Source: Fastidiosibacter lacustris (GTDB taxonomy: Bacteria > Pseudomonadota > Gammaproteobacteria > Francisellales > Francisellaceae). From it: DNA of 32,000 bases. Of the stretch, positions 28,882 to 32,000 are shown in pieces. Made by a program: the position numbers and the translations under genes. The notes below the pieces were generated by a model. The model did no database searches, had not been told where the DNA came from, and saw nothing but the letters and a program-made list of their open reading frames with translations. Location: contig NZ_QLIR01000002.1 in NCBI RefSeq assembly GCF_003428155.1, forward strand, positions 215,182 through 247,181, in the 5' to 3' direction. The stretch's first letter is position 1. Each line of letters begins with the position of its first letter.

Positions 28882-30054
28882 ATGAAGCAAATCTACCTTG
28901 ATTACGCATCTACAACACCCGTTGCACAAGAAGTTATTGACGAAATGCTCAAATATTTAAGTTTTGAAAATATATTTGGGAATCCTGCATCCAACACTCA
29001 TGAATATGGTTGGTATGCAAAAGAGGCTGTGGATAAAGCAAGGCAGCAGGTTGCATTATTAATTTGTGCCGACAGTCGAGAAATTGTGTTTACATCAGGT
29101 GCTACTGAATCCGATAACCTTGCAATAAAAGGGGTTGCAGATGCTTATGCCAATAAAGGCAAGCATATTATTACATCTTCGATTGAGCATAAGGCTGTGA
29201 TTGATACTTGTGCTTACCTTGAGACAAAAGGCTATACAGTAAGCTATTTAGTACCCGATCAAAAGGGTCAGATTACAGCTGAACAAGTCATGCAAACAAT
29301 ACAACCAGATACGATTTTAGTGTCGCTTATGGCAGTCAACAATGAGCTTGGAACATGCTATCCTTTAGCAGAAATTGGCGCTTTATGTAAAGAAAACAAG
29401 ATTTTATTTCATGTGGATGCTGCGCAAGGCTTTGGTAAAATTGATGTTGATGTTAGAGCGATGAACATTGATTTGCTATCGATTTCAGCACATAAAATTT
29501 ATGGACCTAAAGGTGTAGGTGCACTTTATGTACGTAGAAAGCCTAAAGTGAAATTAACACCCTTAATTCATGGTGGGGGGCATGAAAATGGTTATCGCTC
29601 GGGGACCTTGGCTACTCATCAAATTGTGGGCTTAGGACAGGCTTGTGTACTTATGCAAAAAAAAGGTAACTCTTTTTATAGACACGTTGAAAACTTAAGA
29701 GCGATTTTTTTAAAAAAGATAGAAGCTTTACCAAATATTACGATTAATACACCACTGGCAAACAGTTATCCTGGCATTGTTAATATCACTTTCGAAGGAG
29801 TTGACGGTGAAGCATTGGTTGCAATGTTACATAACCTTGCTGTATCGATGGGCTCAGCTTGTAACTCAGCAAGCATTGAACCTTCATTTGTATTATTAAA
29901 TATCGGTTTGAGTCAGCAGCAAGCACATGCAAGTTTACGTTTTTCATTTGGACAATATACAACTGTAAGAGAAGTACATATAGCAGCAGATTCCGTTGTT
30001 GCTGCGGTAACAAAATTAAGAGCATTATCAGAGCAATGTGGTATGGGGGTGTAG
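28882..30054 (+). CDS. Cysteine desulfurase, IscS/NifS-like (class I)
   Basis: 390 aa; 'IYLDYASTTPV', 'FTSGATESDNLAIKG', PLP lysine 'SISAHKIYGPKGVGALYVR', catalytic loop 'SMGSACNSASIEPSFVLLNIGL'. Confidence 0.92.
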   Translation: MKQIYLDYASTTPVAQEVIDEMLKYLSFENIFGNPASNTHEYGWYAKEAVDKARQQVALLICADSREIVFTSGATESDNLAIKGVADAYANKGKHIITSSIEHKAVIDTCAYLETKGYTVSYLVPDQKGQITAEQVMQTIQPDTILVSLMAVNNELGTCYPLAEIGALCKENKILFHVDAAQGFGKIDVDVRAMNIDLLSISAHKIYGPKGVGALYVRRKPKVKLTPLIHGGGHENGYRSGTLATHQIVGLGQACVLMQKKGNSFYRHVENLRAIFLKKIEALPNITINTPLANSYPGIVNITFEGVDGEALVAMLHNLAVSMGSACNSASIEPSFVLLNIGLSQQQAHASLRFSFGQYTTVREVHIAADSVVAAVTKLRALSEQCGMGV

Positions 30055-30390
30055 ATGTACAGTAAAAAAGTACTCTCGCTTTTAGATAATATTAATTCTA
30101 CAGATTTTCTGCCAAGTAAAACCGTTTTAAAGCAAGTTAAAATAGGGGAAGGCATGCAGCAGATTATTATTGCATGTGACGATAATCGCTATTATTTTGC
30201 TGCTATTGGTAGTCCTTATTTACTAGCAATGGGTAAATGGTTGAAGGACAATTTACAGCAAGGTACATGGATGAAGATTAAGGACTATCAAATCACCGAT
30301 TTAGTGGAATATTTTTCATTACCTGAGCATAAGCGCCAAGATGCGTTGTTAATTTTGAATTTAATTGAGCAGCTAAATCTAAATGCGTGA
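30055..30390 (+). CDS. IscU/NifU-N-like small protein apparently lacking the ligand cysteines
   Basis: 111 aa starting directly after the desulfurase stop. Layout matches IscU: 'YSKKVLSLLDN' ~ 'YSEKVIDHYEN'; 'VKIGEGMQQIIIACDD' ~ 'PACGDVMKLQIKVNDE'; 'FAAIGSPYLLAMGKWLKDNL' ~ 'FKTYGCGSAIASSSLVTEWV'; 'SLPEHKRQDALLIL' ~ 'ELPPVKIHCSILAE'. Confidence 0.5.
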   Translation: MYSKKVLSLLDNINSTDFLPSKTVLKQVKIGEGMQQIIIACDDNRYYFAAIGSPYLLAMGKWLKDNLQQGTWMKIKDYQITDLVEYFSLPEHKRQDALLILNLIEQLNLNA

Positions 30391-31093
30391 TAACCTTGAA
30401 AATGCAGTGATTTTGCACAGCCGAAAATACAAAGAGTCTTCACTGTTATTAACCTTATGGTTGCAATCTCATGGTAAGGTGAGTGCAGTTGCTCGAGTGA
30501 GTAAAACAAAAAGGACAGCATTTTTATATGAACCATTTTGTTTACTAAATGTTGAAATAAAACTTGCACATTCAGCTGAAGCCTTATCAACCATCAAATA
30601 TGTAGAGCTTGAAAAAAGCTATACCTTAGGCAGTTATTTATCACAGTTATCACGTTTATATTTAAACGAACTGTTATATTGGTTACTCCCTTTTGATCAT
30701 CATGATAAAAAATTATTTGACTGCTATCTTGCAGTGATCAGTGGACTTATGACTGATGAGGTAGCACCTTTATTACGCTACTTTGAATTACAATTATTAG
30801 AGAGCATTGGTTATGGCTTTTCGTATCAGTTCGATGAGAAAGATAATCCAATTGATCCAAACGGATATTATGAGATGTCAGCCTTATCAGCATTTTATCA
30901 AACTACACCAGGGAATGGAGTATTAGGTAAGACAATTTTAAAACTGGGTGAACCTGTATCTTGTTGGAATAACAAAGAGCTCGCTGTATTACAAAAACTA
31001 ATTCGCTTGAATTTAGATGCGTGTTTACATGGGAGAGCATTAAAAACACGAGAGTTGTTGATTAGTTATTTGCATGGATGTAAAAGCCGTTAA
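30383..31093 (+). CDS. recO: DNA repair protein RecO
   Basis: 236 aa; 'NAVILHSRKYKESSLLLTLWLQSHGKVSAVARVSKTKRT', 'PFCLLNVEI', 'YLNELLYWLLP', 'FELQLLESIGY'. Overlaps the preceding ORF by 8 bp. Confidence 0.9.
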   Translation: MRDNLENAVILHSRKYKESSLLLTLWLQSHGKVSAVARVSKTKRTAFLYEPFCLLNVEIKLAHSAEALSTIKYVELEKSYTLGSYLSQLSRLYLNELLYWLLPFDHHDKKLFDCYLAVISGLMTDEVAPLLRYFELQLLESIGYGFSYQFDEKDNPIDPNGYYEMSALSAFYQTTPGNGVLGKTILKLGEPVSCWNNKELAVLQKLIRLNLDACLHGRALKTRELLISYLHGCKSR

Positions 31094-31106
31094 TTTTTGT
31101 TAATGG

Positions 31107-31129
31107 AAGTACCTAAGTACCTAAGTACC
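31107..31129. repeat. Short tandem repeat, 8-mer AAGTACCT x ~3
   Basis: AAGTACCT AAGTACCT AAGTACC(G), just downstream of recO. Confidence 0.7.
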
Positions 31130-31648
31130 GTAGTGTCATTAACAAGAGAAATTGTTGGACTAATCGGTGCGACGATGCTCTCCACTAAAAGCATATAGGT
31201 CCACAGGATATGGGACTGTTAAAATCACCTAAGCAGCTTTATAAAAAAATCCAAGCAACTGTAATTCATCTAGGTGATCAGGCAACACATGCAACTGACA
31301 ATACGAGACTTTGGTTCATCTTAACAAGCATAATGGTGACAATAATGTAAACAAGATAAGTGCTTAGTGCACAAGAAATCGGGTGACAACTAGTTTGATA
31401 CCTACTGTTTTGAGAATGCTAAAATACAGTATTTTTATTTGAATTAATACGGTTAATGTTTATCTTGGTATAGGATATAATCGGCGTGATACTGCTTACG
31501 GAAGAGTATGTTTGCAGTTAGGAGGTTAGGTAATAATTAGTTGGATGCTTAACTGAAAGAGGTCGTTATATTCTCTGATATATAGTTACAATCTCTCATG
31601 AATTCGAAGCAAAATTGGGCTGTGTCTAGTGAAGGAAAGGAGTAAAGA

Positions 31649-31825
31649 ATGCTTGAAACAGAAAAAGAGCTATTAATAAAAGCGGTTAGTAATCCAGTGT
31701 ATGCTAATATTGATACGTGGGAAATTATCAATAATCCATGGCTGCGACCGCTACGACCGTCATCTTTCAAATATTTGAATTCAATCTCTACGCTTGGTGA
31801 GAAGATTTATGCAGAAAAATTATAA
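31649..31825 (+). CDS. Candidate small ORF (58 aa) of unknown function, not in the ORF track
   Basis: MLETEKELLIKAVSNPVYANIDTWEIINNPWLRPLRPSSFKYLNSISTLGEKIYAEKL*; AAAGGAG 7 bp upstream of the ATG. Confidence 0.3.
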   Translation: MLETEKELLIKAVSNPVYANIDTWEIINNPWLRPLRPSSFKYLNSISTLGEKIYAEKL

Positions 31826-31927
31826 AAGAGACTTTTATTTTTTGTGGGCAGGTCAATCACTAAACGTATTAGGTGTATAAGTTTAGACTTGACCTGACAG
31901 TTGCCTATTTTTCAAACGCGATTTTTG

Positions 31928-32000
31928 TCAGATATGGTTGAGCAATTCAACCTTCTCTTGCCAGTGCGTTTTCCCATCAGTAAAAGTTGCTATTGGTGTT
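31928..32000 (-). mobile_element. 3' end of an integrase-core (IS481-like) transposase, truncated by window end
   Basis: Minus strand reads TPIATFTDGKTHWQEKVELLNHI*, resembling the '(R)TPxxTFxDGxxxxxEK' tail of rve-type transposases. CTGTCAGGTCAAGTCTAAAC lies ~25 bp beyond the stop as a possible IS end. Confidence 0.5.

Noticed and set aside
29786-30590. ORFs 29786..30025, 29913..30155, 30288..30590 (all -)
   Set aside because: Antisense to the desulfurase, IscU-like ORF and recO; low-complexity translations.
31549-31770. 73-aa minus ORF in the gene-poor region
   Set aside because: No domain; the opposite strand has a small ORF with a clear RBS over part of the same span. Neither is proven.
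1-32000. CRISPR array, toxin-antitoxin pair, retron, BREX/CBASS-like or prophage module
   Set aside because: No regularly spaced repeats, reverse transcriptase or phage structural genes seen. Only the partial Res-like fragment at the left edge hints at a defence locus outside the window.

Overview
AT-rich (low-GC) gammaproteobacterial-type chromosome segment, mostly conserved housekeeping genes. Left to right: C-terminal fragment of a putative type III restriction subunit; xerD; an HlyB/HlyD-type type I secretion pair whose ABC exporter carries one in-frame TAA; dusA (-); DUF47 regulator + Pit phosphate transporter; YajR-like MFS; a twice-frameshifted HAD pyrimidine-nucleotidase pseudogene (-); a ketopantoate reductase-like/GNAT fusion (-); gamma carbonic anhydrase; lolB-ispE-tRNA-Gln(TTG); SH3b periplasmic protein; Bcr/CflA-type MFS (-); coaX-folE; DUF4823-like lipoprotein; VanY-like peptidase; truA; ald; a znuA-znuC-znuB-zur unit (-) behind a Zur-box-like palindrome; def; mnmA (-); thrA-type aspartokinase/homoserine dehydrogenase; IscS/NifS-like desulfurase + cysteine-less IscU-like protein + recO; a gene-poor region; and the 3' end of an integrase-type transposase at the right edge. 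No convincing new defence or mobile system is visible. The best leads are the PanE-like/GNAT fusion, the IscU-like protein that appears to have lost its ligand cysteines, the two disrupted loci, and a 40-codon candidate secreted/membrane peptide gene upstream of coaX. All homology statements are recognition by eye; no searches were run.
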